Origin: Mobula birostris
Lineage: Eukaryota
Length of the DNA stretch: 64,000 nt
NCBI RefSeq assembly: GCF_030028105.1
Contig: NC_092389.1
Coordinates: 6,657,835 to 6,721,834 of the forward strand
Reading direction: 5' to 3'
Below the pieces are notes generated by a model. That model saw nothing but the letters and a program-made list of their open reading frames with translations. It was not told the origin of the DNA and made no database searches. Each line of letters starts with the position of its first letter. Positions within the stretch are counted from its first letter, which is position 1. The translations under genes and the position numbers were made by a program. This document shows, piece by piece, positions 38,436 to 50,445 of this stretch.

Positions 38436-39509
38436 AACCTATTCAAACTACAGCAACTTCTCCCGATAACAGCAGAGTAACTTCTCTAAAAATACAGTCA
38501 CAGGAGGACAGCTGCCCAAAGCTTTTGTGTACAAAGGCACTCTCAGTTACCAACAGCTGTGTGATCATAACTTTCACTGACAGGAGCATTACCTAGTCAT
38601 CCCAATGTGACCTAACTATTTACCATGCCTATATATTGTGCATAGCATTAACAGTGGGACGGAAGTGAACCAAGGATGATAGCTACAATCGGGAGGACTG
38701 TGCTCTGTCTTATATCTTGGCTGAAATTCACTTATAACGATGTGATGAAATGAGAGGGTGAAATTCTGATAAAGGCACTCAGCAGGTCTGGAAGGAGACT
38801 GAATTAATGGAGATCACTTTAACCCAGTGAAAATGGGTGGGCTTGAACATGGATAACATAAACATTTCAAAAATGATACCAAGTTGCCTCGGACTTCTCA
38901 TGATTAGTTGTAATGAATGTAAGATTGAGAAGACAACTAATCCGCTGCCAGGAAGTGGATTGGTATAGTACTTAAGGCTATGTGGCTTTGTTTCAAGAAG
39001 ATTGTACAGTACTTATTTTTAGAGATACTGATTGAGCTTCGCAGGACCTGGGATCGCTGCTGAGAAGAAAGAGGTTTAAAGGACTTGATCCCGAGGGATT
39101 TATTTACTGATAGGTATCCACCCCACACCCTCCACTCCTCCAGCTTAACTGTGAAGCCCCTAATTACTTGCCTGCTACTTTACCATGCTTTTACTATTCC
39201 CTAAACGACAGTCGCACTTCTCCACCCAATTTTCTCTTTCTCTGTCTGTCTCTCTCCTTCTCTCTCAATCTCACCCTCTTTCTCCCAGTCAACCTCTTGT
39301 CCTAAATTCAGATTGGAACAAGTTAGCTTCAACCATATGGAGAAAGGGAATAGGGTTATCATAGACAAAGGCATAATTTTATAGAGTCATAGAGTGCTAT
39401 GGCCCAGAAACAGATTCTTCAGCCCATCTATTCCATGCCTACCCGATAGTCTGCCTAGTCCCATCTACCTGTACCCAGACCATATCCCTCCAACCCCTAT
39501 CTAAACAAA

Positions 39510-40092
39510 AATTGGGGAACTGCTTTGTTGAGCACCTCCACTCCATTCGCCAAATGTGGAGCTTCCTGGTGGCCCAACACTTTAATTCCAATTCCCATTC
39601 CTGTTCCAACATGCCTCCTCTTGTGCCAGGATGTGGCCACACTCAGTTTGGAAGAGCAACACCTTATATTCTGTCTGGGTAGCTTCCAACCTGATGGTGT
39701 GAATATCGATTTCTCTTTGCGGGTAAAAGATATTTCCCTCTCCCTCCCCTCTTCTTCTATTCCTCACTCTGGCCTCTTACCTCTTCCCATCTACCTATCA
39801 CCTCTCCCTGGTCTCTGCCCCTCCTCCTTCCCTTTCTCCTATTATCCACTCTCCTCCCCTCCCCCACCCAAATCAGGTTCCTTCTCCAGCCCTTTACCTG
39901 CCCCATCCACCTGGTTTCACCAATCACTCCCTAGCTACCCACCTTCCCCCCTCCCCACATTTTTACTCTGGTATCTTCCTCCTTCATTTCCCGGTCCTGA
40001 TGAAGGGCCTCGGCCCGAAACAACGACTGTTTATTTATTTCATGGGTGCTGCCTGATCTGCTGAGTTCCTCCAGCATTTTGTGTGCATTGCT
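39510..40092 (+). mobile_element. Penelope-like element 3' fragment in HTR3B intron 7
   Basis: Encodes EEQHLIFCLGSFQPDGVNIDF, followed by a pyrimidine-rich linker and terminal repeat with a hammerhead motif. Confidence 0.8.
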
Positions 40093-40490
40093 TTTTATGA
40101 TCCCATCTGCTTGTGATGCCACCTTCAAGGAATTATGGATCTGTATTCCCAGGTCCTTCTGAACGCACAGAGCCCTTCCACTCACCGCCTTACTCTGATT
40201 TGTACTCCCATGTCATCAGCCAGTAAAGTAATTTTGAATTGTAGTCATCGTACTGTTGGAAATGTGGCAACTGACTTGCAAGCCCCATGCCAACAAGGCG
40301 ATACAGTAACCTACTAAGAAATAATGATTAAGAAATAAATAATGGCTGGGATATGATGGCTAACATCCCTGCCCCTCTTTGTATTCAGAATGGTATGTGA
40401 TGTGTATGCGTATAGAACAGGGAAACAGGTTGTTAGATTTAAGTGTAAATTTGTCAAGTTCATCATCACTTTTGATCTGCTCTTCTCTAG

Positions 40491-40685
40491 GAGTGTTCTT
40501 CGCCGTCTGTATAGCTCTGCTTGTGATCAGTTTAGCTGAATCAATCCTCATAGTACAGCTCCTGAATGTGAACAGGGAGGCAGAACCAGAGAGCTCGGTC
40601 TCAATGGACAGCTCTACAAAGCAGAGCACCACTGACAGTTTGTGCGCATCTCTGAAGGTGAAAGAGGAAACCTGTGACGATGGAG
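40491..40685 (+). CDS. HTR3B: HTR3B exon 8 (M3 GVFFAVCIALLVISLAESILIVQLL plus intracellular loop)
   Basis: Acceptor ctctag and donor GAG|gtgaga, phase 1 to phase 1. Confidence 0.92.
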
Positions 40686-40929
40686 GTGAGAACATTCTGA
40701 ATCTTATTTCACTTCCATTTTCCATATTAATTGCCAACAGTTATACCATTCTTCTCCACAAAGTCAAAGGCTGCAGCATTCCTAAACTTCAATTGAACAT
40801 TTCAGAAATGAGATCAATAGATCTTAGTTATTCAGACAAATAAGTTAAGATGTACTATATTTTAGCCATGCTGTGTAGAACTGTGGTCCTCAACACTGAT
40901 ATAAGTACTTTTATGTTTCCTCAATGAAG

Positions 40930-41204
40930 TTTCTGAGAGTGACCCTCAACAAGAGGAAGAGAAATTTCTCAACAAAGATGCCCAAGGCTACCTGACCCAG
41001 AGGTTACCAATGAAAAAGATACAAGAGGAGATATCTTCAATCAAACTCTGCCTTCACCAGCTAGATGGCGCCAGCAACCACAAGAATGAATGGTTGGCGT
41101 TCTGTTACAGATTGGATCGGGTCCTCTTCCTTGTATATTTGGTGACCTTCGGGGTTTATACCGTTACCATGACCACCCTCTGGCTGATGTGGAGTTACCC
41201 TTAG
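40930..41204 (+). CDS. HTR3B: HTR3B exon 9 (MA helix, M4 LDRVLFLVYLVTFGVYTVTMTTLWLMWSYP, stop)
   Basis: Acceptor after a pyrimidine tract (..tcaatgaag) keeps the frame into EEISSI..EW..LDR and TAG. The spliced CDS is 1359 nt = 452 aa plus stop. The acceptor position is the least certain part. Confidence 0.9.
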
Positions 41205-41823
41205 CATTGTACTATCAGGTTACTCTTAACACCCACAATGCCCCACCCCAAACCTTTTAGTAAAACTTGGGCTGTCTCTGGTTTAGGAAATTAAAATAGC
41301 TTAGTGAACTAGATCAGTAGATTTTTCTCCCCAACAAGATGGTATCAAATCTAAGATTTGCTCTGAAAATAAGGAACATGTTTGTACCCTTTTGGGGATC
41401 AATCAGAATGGTACAACATGCTGAATATTTTTCTGCAGTGTTAAACAATAATATTGCTTCTTCATTGTCATCTGTGAAGTCCATTTGCTGTCCCTCATAG
41501 ATGTTCCTAACTCCAGTACTTCTCAGCCATGGAAAACAAACAAATTCTCCCAAATTTAAAACATTGCAGGCTGTGCAAGCAGCCCCTAAGTTTAGATCCC
41601 TGACACCTAAGCTGGCTAAATTTTGCAGCATATAATCTGCATTGTTTCTTCATGCAACTGTCTTCTATTTAAGCAGTTAACTTCATATTATCATGGAAAA
41701 ATCCCTAAATGCTTTCCAAACTATGACAGAACATTTAGCATGTTGAGATAATCATTTATTGAATGCCATAACATTGCCGAGTATGAAATAGGATGCTTCG
41801 AGAAGAGTTTCATATTCAAATCA

Positions 41824-42057
41824 AATAAATTCGAAGCTACTTAGGAAGTTTTTTCCGCTATTATCTTCTTAAAAATGGTTCTGATTCTGAATGAAAATAA
41901 ATACAAACCCTGTAAATTCACTATGATCTTGACAATATATTAATTAAGAAGAGTTGACTGTCTTAACCCATGATATTTTTGGTCATTTCTATTGAATGTC
42001 AGAATGCAAATTAACCAAAATGCCACACTTTACCCTAACATAGAGTGTTCAAATAAA
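41824..42057 (+). terminator. Candidate HTR3B polyadenylation signals
   Basis: AATAAA at 41824, 41896 and 42052, downstream of the stop codon. Confidence 0.4.
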
Positions 42058-44083
42058 CTTTCTACTGAAGTCAAGCACATGAAACAAGTGCCCAATTTGC
42101 TTATCTCAGTTTGCCAATGATGGATTATCAGAAAACTTGGATTTTTGTGGTAGCTAAGTGAAATGTTACGAAGTGTTTTTTTACAGTGATCTCAATTGAC
42201 ATTGAGTCTGTAATATGTATCTGTGATCAAAAGCTAGGTCAAAATGGCAGACTTCCAAAATCTTAAAAGAGGTGAAAAATGGTGTGAATTTTGGAGTGAA
42301 GTGCTCGACCTTAAGTTTGAAATACGTGAAAATACAGTTGCCCATTGTTAGATTAACATTATTCCCAAAATGCTTTACCATTCTGTTTTTAATTAGAGTC
42401 TGCATCAATATAACACTGAAAGATGTAGCTAATAATAATGTCCAGGTGACTATCATCCATAGGAATATCCAGTTTGGAGAGAGTACTCTGTTGGGACACT
42501 TTGGTACATTGTGTTATCGAGTGTATTAGACATGGAGTTATTAAACAGTTAATGTTCAACAATCACTCAGTAGAATGTCACACCTAAAACATCACTAAAC
42601 ATCCTGAGACAGTTCATGAGAGTGTTACTACAAAAGTTATGACTCTAAGCCACAAAAGCATTGCCAAAGAGCTGAATTTTTGGAAGTGTATTCACTAGGA
42701 AATGGATTAATAGAGGAAGAGGGAAGGAACAGCATAACTTTTGAAATCAGACTTGGGTAACTCCAATAGAGAATCTTTTTTTTTGTAATTTGTTTGAGTC
42801 AGAACCTTAGAGTAAACAGTATTTTTTAGAATCTCAGATGTGAGCAATTCAATGGAATTTCTCCCTGTTGGGTACTAAAGAAGGAACATGCTAAAGACAA
42901 TATGAAGGACCCTTTGGAATGGTGAATCAGGTGCAGATGAAATCAAAACTTAATCTGATGGAGCAGTTTGGAAGGTAGAGAAGTAAAAAAGGTTTCAAAT
43001 CAGAGTTGCTCTAACTACTTTTCTGACTCTGCACCCTGAAGAAGTGACTCTGGATACCTTATGTGGGCAAGTTAGCTCCTGGGAGCCTTGTTGTTGTGGT
43101 GATAAATTTGCCTTAAATTGTTACCCTGTGCTCACAGGGATGAAATGTTATTTCTTGTAACGGCAGGTCTGCATGTATATGCTCACCCTTATGAAAACTG
43201 TGAGATCCTGAGGAGACTCTATATAAACAACATAATAAACATACTATTCTGAAATATATAGAACTGTTCTTCTGACTTCTATTTATGAGATATAAGTGTA
43301 GGGTGGAATTCTATTTTTGTGTAACACCAGCACTGGCTGAAGAGACAACATACATCAGAACACAGGGAACAGTCAATGCCAGATTCTGGTTTTAAAAGGC
43401 TGCAGCTTCAAAGAGAAGGAAGAGATCTAGGAAGCCAATCACTCCCTTGTTTTGAAATATTTGAGATAAATAGACTTGGAGGTGATGCCATTCTTAGCAA
43501 AACAAGGGGACAGAAAGAAAGGCAAGCAATTATGTGGAACTATTCCCCAAATCAGGAACTTTGTGTGATAGAATTTCCAATCAATGGTAAGCTTTTGAAT
43601 GTAGTTACTATTGTGGTATGTGAAACAAGTAATACGTGTAAAAACAATTTATTAATAACCAAATAAACATTTTAGTGATGTTGATTATTGAGAGAACTTC
43701 CTGGTTCTTCTTCAAAATAGCCCCACCAGATCTTTTTCCGCCTTTCTGGGAGGGAGATGGAGTCTATTTTAGATTGTTCGGTCACTTCCTTCACAATGCA
43801 CTGGAAGGTGATCCAATGCACTGCACAGAGTAACATTGCAGGAAGGTGGTGAAGAGTGGAAGGATGGTTTGTTCTCACTGCGGACAGAAACAGATAGAGG
43901 AAAAACTAAAACAGAAAAAAATAAGGTGAGAGTGAAAATTTATTAGTGGTTTAATATCATTATCAAGCAGCACTTTACACTTTGTACCAAAGACATTTTT
44001 ACAGAAGGATTCTGTGTTGTCGGATGAATAACGATGGATCAATAGAAAGAGTAAAATAATGAGAACAAATTGAACAAAACTCT

Positions 44084-44219
44084 TAGTCCTGACGAAGGGT
44101 CTCGGCCTGAAACGTCGACTGTACCTCTTCCTAGAGATGCTGCCTGGCCTGCTGCGTTCACCAGCAACTTTGATGTGTGTTACTTGAATTTCTAGCATCT
44201 GCAGATTTCCTGTTGTTTG
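44084..44219 (+). mobile_element. Short Penelope-derived unit carrying a hammerhead motif, flanked by a TSD
   Basis: Same terminal repeat as at 870-1000. TSD TGRACAAAACTCT at 44071-44083 and 44220-44232. Confidence 0.8.
44085..44120 (+). ncRNA. Minimal type I hammerhead ribozyme motif (Penelope-associated)
   Basis: AGTC-CTGACGA-A-GGGT(CTCG)GCCT-GAAA-C-GTC-GACT. Both core boxes, stem I (AGTC/GACT), stem II and a GUC cleavage triplet are present. Confidence 0.7.
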
Positions 44220-44524
44220 TGGACAAAACTCTGATGTCTTATTGACATCTTAGAAATTGCCCATCAGTTTATCCCCATATTTTGCCATTGAGAATCCAAT
44301 CCAATGATTTGATAACATTCAAATGAGTTTGAATTGCTCACATTTTGAAGGGTGTCATGAAAGGCACTTCTCTCTAGACAACATCTGAGTTCCTTAAATG
44401 GGAAATTAATTGAATGGAAAGGATTAACACAGTAATCCTGCCATCAGTGGCACAGAGGTATGCCTTGGTTATAAAGGATATAGATAACAAAAAATGGGAG
44501 ATAATGTCAAAAATACAGGACAAC

Positions 44525-44840
44525 ATGGTAACGAGGAGGCTATCGTAATGCTTTACTGTGCCGACGATCATAATCAGGGTTTCACTCCCGCCATTGTCCG
44601 TAAGCAGTTTGCACGTTCTCCCTTTGTCCACGTTTGTTTCCTCTGGATTCTCAGGTTTCCTCCCACATCCCAAAAAGATGTATGAGTTAGGGCCAGTAGA
44701 GAGTGGGCAGCTATGTTGGCGCCAGAAGCGTGGCAACACTTGCGGGCTGCCCTCAGCACATTCTCTGACTGTGTCGGTCATTGATGCAAACGGCACACTT
44801 CACTATATGTTTTGATGTTTTAATATATTTGTGGTAAATA
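44525..44840 (+). mobile_element. V-SINE variant
   Basis: V-domain (tttcctctggattctcaggtttcctcccacatcccaaa) with a different 3' tail. Confidence 0.65.
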
Positions 44841-46200
44841 AAGATCATCTTTAATCTCTTAGTATCCCATAATAAATTATTTACAACAAAGGTAACCTAA
44901 TCATGCAGTGGGAATTGTATGTATTTGGTGATACTTTTTTTTATAAATAAGAGAAGATTGTATTGTCTGTGTACAATTAGCAAAAATGCTATCGGTTTCT
45001 ACTCTAGAAACAAAGGCTAAGCACATCTTGAATCTATCCAAATTCATTTGTGGATCTTGATGACACATGGCAAGGAAGATAAATGAGTAATCGAATGGAC
45101 GAAGTTAATTGGCATCATTGACTTCAGAAAGAGTTTAATGACATTGGATAAGCTCACAGTTTAGTTAAATTGTTCCATTTTAAAAAGGTCATTTCTTGCC
45201 CTTTTCAAAAGTGTCATCTTGATTTAGAGACAATTTGAAGTGAAAGTTATTTCACCTAGGTCATAGGCCTCACCTTCCTCTTTGAACCACTCAAACCACC
45301 CAAACCACCAAAATACTCAAAGCACATTTCAGTGAATTCATGTGGGCAATGTTTTAATTATGGACTAGTTTATAAATGCAACAACATATAAGAATAGAAA
45401 ATTTCAAATACAATCAATAAGGCCTCACCTTTTTTGGGAGAATGTCATTCTTCAGAAACAGCTACAAATGAGTACAAACACTCATGCGGTGATCTCGCCT
45501 GTTGCAGCTGCCGAGGAGGGGAGAGGCTGGAGGCGGTGTGGCACGGATTGAGGCTAGCTCCTCCCTTCGGTGCTGCTCTCCAGTGTTTACTCAGTGGCAG
45601 ACAAGCTGGATTGCATGTCTTTGTCTATGGACTGCTGAGAGCTTGTTCTTGCCAACAACATCCATGCACCATCAACCTACAAGACATGTCACTGAGGGAC
45701 AGGGACTTGGGCTCCATTGTAGTTTTTTGCGTGACTCTATGTTTACTGCCATCTTATATGTGCTATTTGTGCCTTGTAGTGTGTATGACTGTCAGTACTG
45801 TGTTTTGCACCTTGGCTCCAGGGGAACACTATTTCATTCAGCTGTATTCATGGGTATTCATGAATGGTTGAATGAAAATTAAACTTGAATGTGAACTTGA
45901 AATACATAAATATATATATACGTATATAAGATCACGAGGGGCATGGAGAAATCACAGTCTTTTTCCCAAGGTGTGGGTTGCTAAAAAATAAGAGAACTTA
46001 GCTTTAAAACCAGATGCAAGAGATTTAAACGGGACATCAAGGGCAACTTCTTCATGCAAAACATGGGGTGCTTTTGGAATGAGCTGCCAGAAATAGTAGT
46101 CAAGGTGGCCATATCAGCAACGTTTAAAACCCATCTCGATAGACACATCAATAGGCGAGGTTTAGAGGGCAATAAGCCAAATGCAAGCGGTTGGGACTAG

Positions 46201-46437
46201 CGTGGTAAACCATATATATATGTTGTAACTGGGTTACCTGTCTGGACACGCCCTTCTACTGACTGCTCCTGTGGCTCCTCCCACAGACCCCTGAATAAAG
46301 GTGATTGCGCCATTGCTCCACCCCCTCAGTCCAGGGGCAGATACTCAGCATGCTGGAGGTCACATTTTACTGCTAATAAAAGCTTTTCAGTATTTACTCT
46401 ACTTCCAGTCTTTTGGAGTTATTGATGGTGCATCACA
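46201..46437 (+). mobile_element. Short solo-LTR-like element within a CR1 3' tail
   Basis: ~235 bp containing AATAAA and ending ..ATCACA. A partial inverted copy at ~20738-20798 starts TGTGAT. No clean TSD. Confidence 0.55.
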
Positions 46438-46834
46438 TATCAACTGGGTACCACAGTTGGCACGGATGAGTTGCACTGAAAGACCTGGTTTCACGCTGAT
46501 TAACTCTATGCAGAAGTCTTCGGAACGCATCCCGTCTTTAAAATGAATCGAGTTAGATTGGACTGTGTTCCCATCAAATTGGATTCTCTCTGGCAGTCAC
46601 TGGACAAAAGTGTAATTGGCAAGTCAGGTATTATTAACGAAATCAACAGAATCTATGCCTCCACTGCCACCTAGGAGGAAGTAAGCTGGGGATTGCATGT
46701 CTCTTATAATAGGCCAAAGAAAGAGAGAATCAGCTGCAGATTTTAAATCTATAAGACAGCTGATTTCTCATAAACATACTAATGCTGTTTAGGAGACAGA
46801 TTAGTAATTTCAGTAATTTATTTACTTTTTTATT

Positions 46835-47097
46835 GAGATACAGCGCAGAATAGGCCCTACCGACCTTCAAACACGCCGCTCAGCAAACTCCCAGTTTAAT
46901 TCTGGCCTAATCACAGGGCAACTTACAATGACCAATTAACCTACCAACTGACACGCCTTTGGACTGTGGGAGGAAACCAGAGCACCCGGAGGAAACCCAG
47001 GTGGTCATGGGGAGAATGTACGGGGAGGCAGCAGTCGGAACTGAAACCAGGTTGCTGGAAATAAAGCATTGTGCTAACCACTATACTACTCTGCCAC
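46835..47097 (-). mobile_element. V-SINE (HE1-like)
   Basis: Reverse V-domain tgtgggaggaaaccagagcacccggaggaaaccc. Similar copies at ~47985-48260 (+), ~52350-52580 (+) and ~56015-56250 (-). Confidence 0.75.
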
Positions 47098-47266
47098 CCC
47101 TCTCTACACTGTGGGTAAAAAAGATAACCTACCTTACTTCAAATATCCTCATTTACGTTGTTTATCCTAGTGTTTGAATCTTCCAATGTTGTGAATGATT
47201 TCAGCACGCTGGTCTTTTCAATCCCTTCATATACATTTTTCCAACTGCTGCAAACTTGAAAGGTGC

Positions 47267-47814
47267 TCACTGAGTGGTGAGTTTATTAGGAACTTCCTGC
47301 ACCTAATAAAAAGGCCACTGAGTGTATGATTGTGGTCTTCTGCTGCTGTAGCCCAACCACCTCAAGGTTCAACATGTTCTAATTTCAGAGATGTCCTTTT
47401 GCACACCACTGTTGTAACGTGTGGTTATTTGAGTTACTGTCACCTTCCTGTCAGCTTGAACTAGTCAGGTCATTCTCCTCTGACCTCTCTCATTAACAAG
47501 GTGTTTTCGCCCACAGAACTGCCACTCACTGGATGCTTTTTTTTGTTTTTCACAACTTTCTCTCTAAGCTCTGGTGACGGTTGTGCATAAAAATCCCAGG
47601 ATATCAGCAGTTTCTGAGATACTCAAACCATCCCATCTGGCACCAACAACCATTCCACTGTAAAAATTATTCAGATCATATTTCTTCTTCATTCTGATGT
47701 TTGGTCTGAACCTCCTGACCACGTCTGCATGCTTTTCTGCATTGGGTTGCTGCCACAGCCTGATTAGCTAATGAGCAGATCTACAGGTAAACCAAATAAA
47801 CTGGCAACTGAGCG
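47267..47814 (-). mobile_element. Non-autonomous Tc1-like element
   Basis: Homologous along its length to 27254-27773, in reverse orientation. Confidence 0.8.
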
Positions 47815-50044
47815 TAGGTGCTTATCGGAGCGTAGATTCCCAATTGCTGATTAAACTAAGGGAAAGAAAAGTGTGACGAGGATGTAAAGGTGCTTCAGTG
47901 GGATAAAGGCAGGCTCAGTGAATGAGCAAGGATATGGCAGGTGGCATATAAAGTGGAAAAATGTGAAGTCATCTAAAAGGAGCTGCTGCCTTAGGCCTCC
48001 AGTAACGTGGGTTTTATGTCAACCTCTGGGCTGTTAGTATGGAGTTTGAACATTCTCTCTGTATTTGGATGAGTTGCTTCTGGGTTCTCTGGTTCCTCCC
48101 ACATTTCAAAGACACACATATTGATAAGATAAGTGAACACTGTAACATGCCTGTGGTTGAGAGGGGAGTGGTAGGGTCTTTGGGGAGGGGGAGAGTTGAC
48201 AAAATGTGGGGAAATGGTTTTAAAAATGGGATTTGTGTAAATGGGTGTTTCTTGGTCAGTGTGCATCTATATCTAAAAGTAGAATTTTAAATTCTGAGAC
48301 ATTAAATCATGTTCAAAGGGATTGTACACAAACACTGGAAGTTAATATGCCGGATCATCAGTCAATAAAGATGGTAAGCGATGTATTGGCCTTTATTTAC
48401 CAAGTAAAAGTTGTGCTCTGCCTATACAGAGACCTGCTGAGAACACATCCGGGATACATCATACTGATCTGATCTCCTGATCGAGGAAGGTGTCATCTGC
48501 AACAGAGGAAACTTGGTTTGTCAGTCCAGAATCAGATGAGGGATCACATGAAGGGTCAGATGGTCAGGACAAGGATGGGAAGCGACATCTATATCCAGAG
48601 GGCAGCGAATGTGGAGGGTCATTGGGTCAAGAGGAACTCTATCCCTGTTAAGGCCGCAGGAAGATGGAGTGAACATGGATGTTCAGGAAATGGAAGAGAT
48701 GTGAGTGAGGACAGCGTCAATGGTGGAGAAGGGAAACCCGGTTCTTTGAAATTACGGAGACCTTTACTGTACCTGATCTCAAATTCCGCTGCATAATGAG
48801 CACCATTGAGTGTGGCCTGATCAACTGCATCATCGTCTGGTACGGGAATTGCAAGGCAACTGAGTCCCTATAAAGGATTTTCAGAGGGTTATCAATGTCC
48901 CTCTTTCACCCATTAGAGATATTTATCAGGAGCACTGCATATGCAGGGCCCTTAGCATTTTCTGTGATCATTCCTATCCATTTATCAATTTCTTTGATTT
49001 CCTACCGCCGGGTAGGAGGTACCATAGCATTAGGAGAAGGATTGTTACAATGGAAAACTGTCTCTTCCTCCAGGCTGTGTGACTACTGAACTCCATGCTC
49101 CCACCTGGGTCTCATCACCAATGTAGTGCCAGTAGTGTTATACTGTTTACTTTTTAACTTGTGTCATAAATGCACCTTATGCTACATGTTAATCTTCTGG
49201 AATATATTTTATTAATTATTAATTTATTTGTGGTAATATTACTTTGTTTTTTATGTCTTTGAGTTACATGTACTGTGCTGTGCACCTTCATCCGGAGGAA
49301 CTTTGGCTTGTTTGGTGGTGTACATTTGTATGGTTGAAAGACTATAAACTTGAACTTGAACTTGATCTGTGTTAATATCCAGGAAACACTAACTACATTA
49401 AAAATGCTCTGAAAATGCTGCTTGCATCAAAATATGTGATCATATCAGTGGACAACAGTAATCTCTCTCTCCCAATCATAATTGTCCTGAACAAAGGACT
49501 TATATTTCATACATACATCACTTTATAAAGCGAACAAAAACAAATGGGGTACCTAAATTCAGAAAATGCCTTTAACTATTTAAGATATAATCCATATAAA
49601 TTGGTTATCCCAAAGAACTCAAGCAGTGGAAAATAATTCTTCCATTCAAAACTGACAGGTGATATAACTGGTAGATCGTTAAGTGGAGACTGAGAACAAG
49701 TAAGATGAGATAAACTGGATTTCAGTTTTTCAAATTAATTGGTTTTACAGTAAAGATTTAAAAAAATTTGAAACAAACTTCTGGTAAAAGGCATTGAAAT
49801 AACCTTCGATGCTCTAAGACCTTATCAGGTAGAACTTAATTGTGATTGTGATCTGTACAGCCACCAGTACTTCCATTAGGTAGAACAGAATCCCTTTGCC
49901 TCATTACTGTAATGTTGCATTATGTCGCATTGGTGCCATATTAGGTAGAGAGTTCCACATCAAGGACCTACATAAGCTACAATTTTAACAAAGGAAAATA
50001 TTCAAGGATTTGGTTGTGTTCAGAAGAATAAATATTCTAGTTAA

Positions 50045-50445
50045 ACATACAAAATGTGGGAGGAACTCCGCAGGTCAGGCAGCATCTATGGAGGGGAGGA
50101 AACAGTCGACGTTTCGGGCCAAGACCCTTCAGAAGGATTGGAAAGGAAGGGTAAAGAAGCCAAAATAAGAAGATGAGGGGAGGTGAAAGAGAACAAGCTG
50201 CAAGGTGATAGGTGAGACCAGGTGCGGGGGAAAACGGGTGGGTGGGATGTGGGGGGATGAAGTAAGAGACTGTGAGGTGATAGGTGCATGAGATAAAGGG
50301 ATGAAGAAGAAGGAATCTGATTGGAGAGGAGAGTGTACCTTGGGATAAAGGGGAGGAGGAAGGGCAAGTGAGGAGAAGAGAAGGGATAGGAGGGGAGCCA
50401 GAATGGGGAAATGGAAAAGAGAGAAATGGGAGGGACAGATATGAC
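50045..50445 (-). mobile_element. Penelope-like terminal fragment
   Basis: Terminal repeat, degenerate hammerhead motif (50104-50139) and a purine-rich linker. Confidence 0.65.

Noticed and set aside
49548-49690. Possible minus-strand exon with a good acceptor
   Set aside because: Weak donor, a stop in the frame examined and no recognisable peptide.
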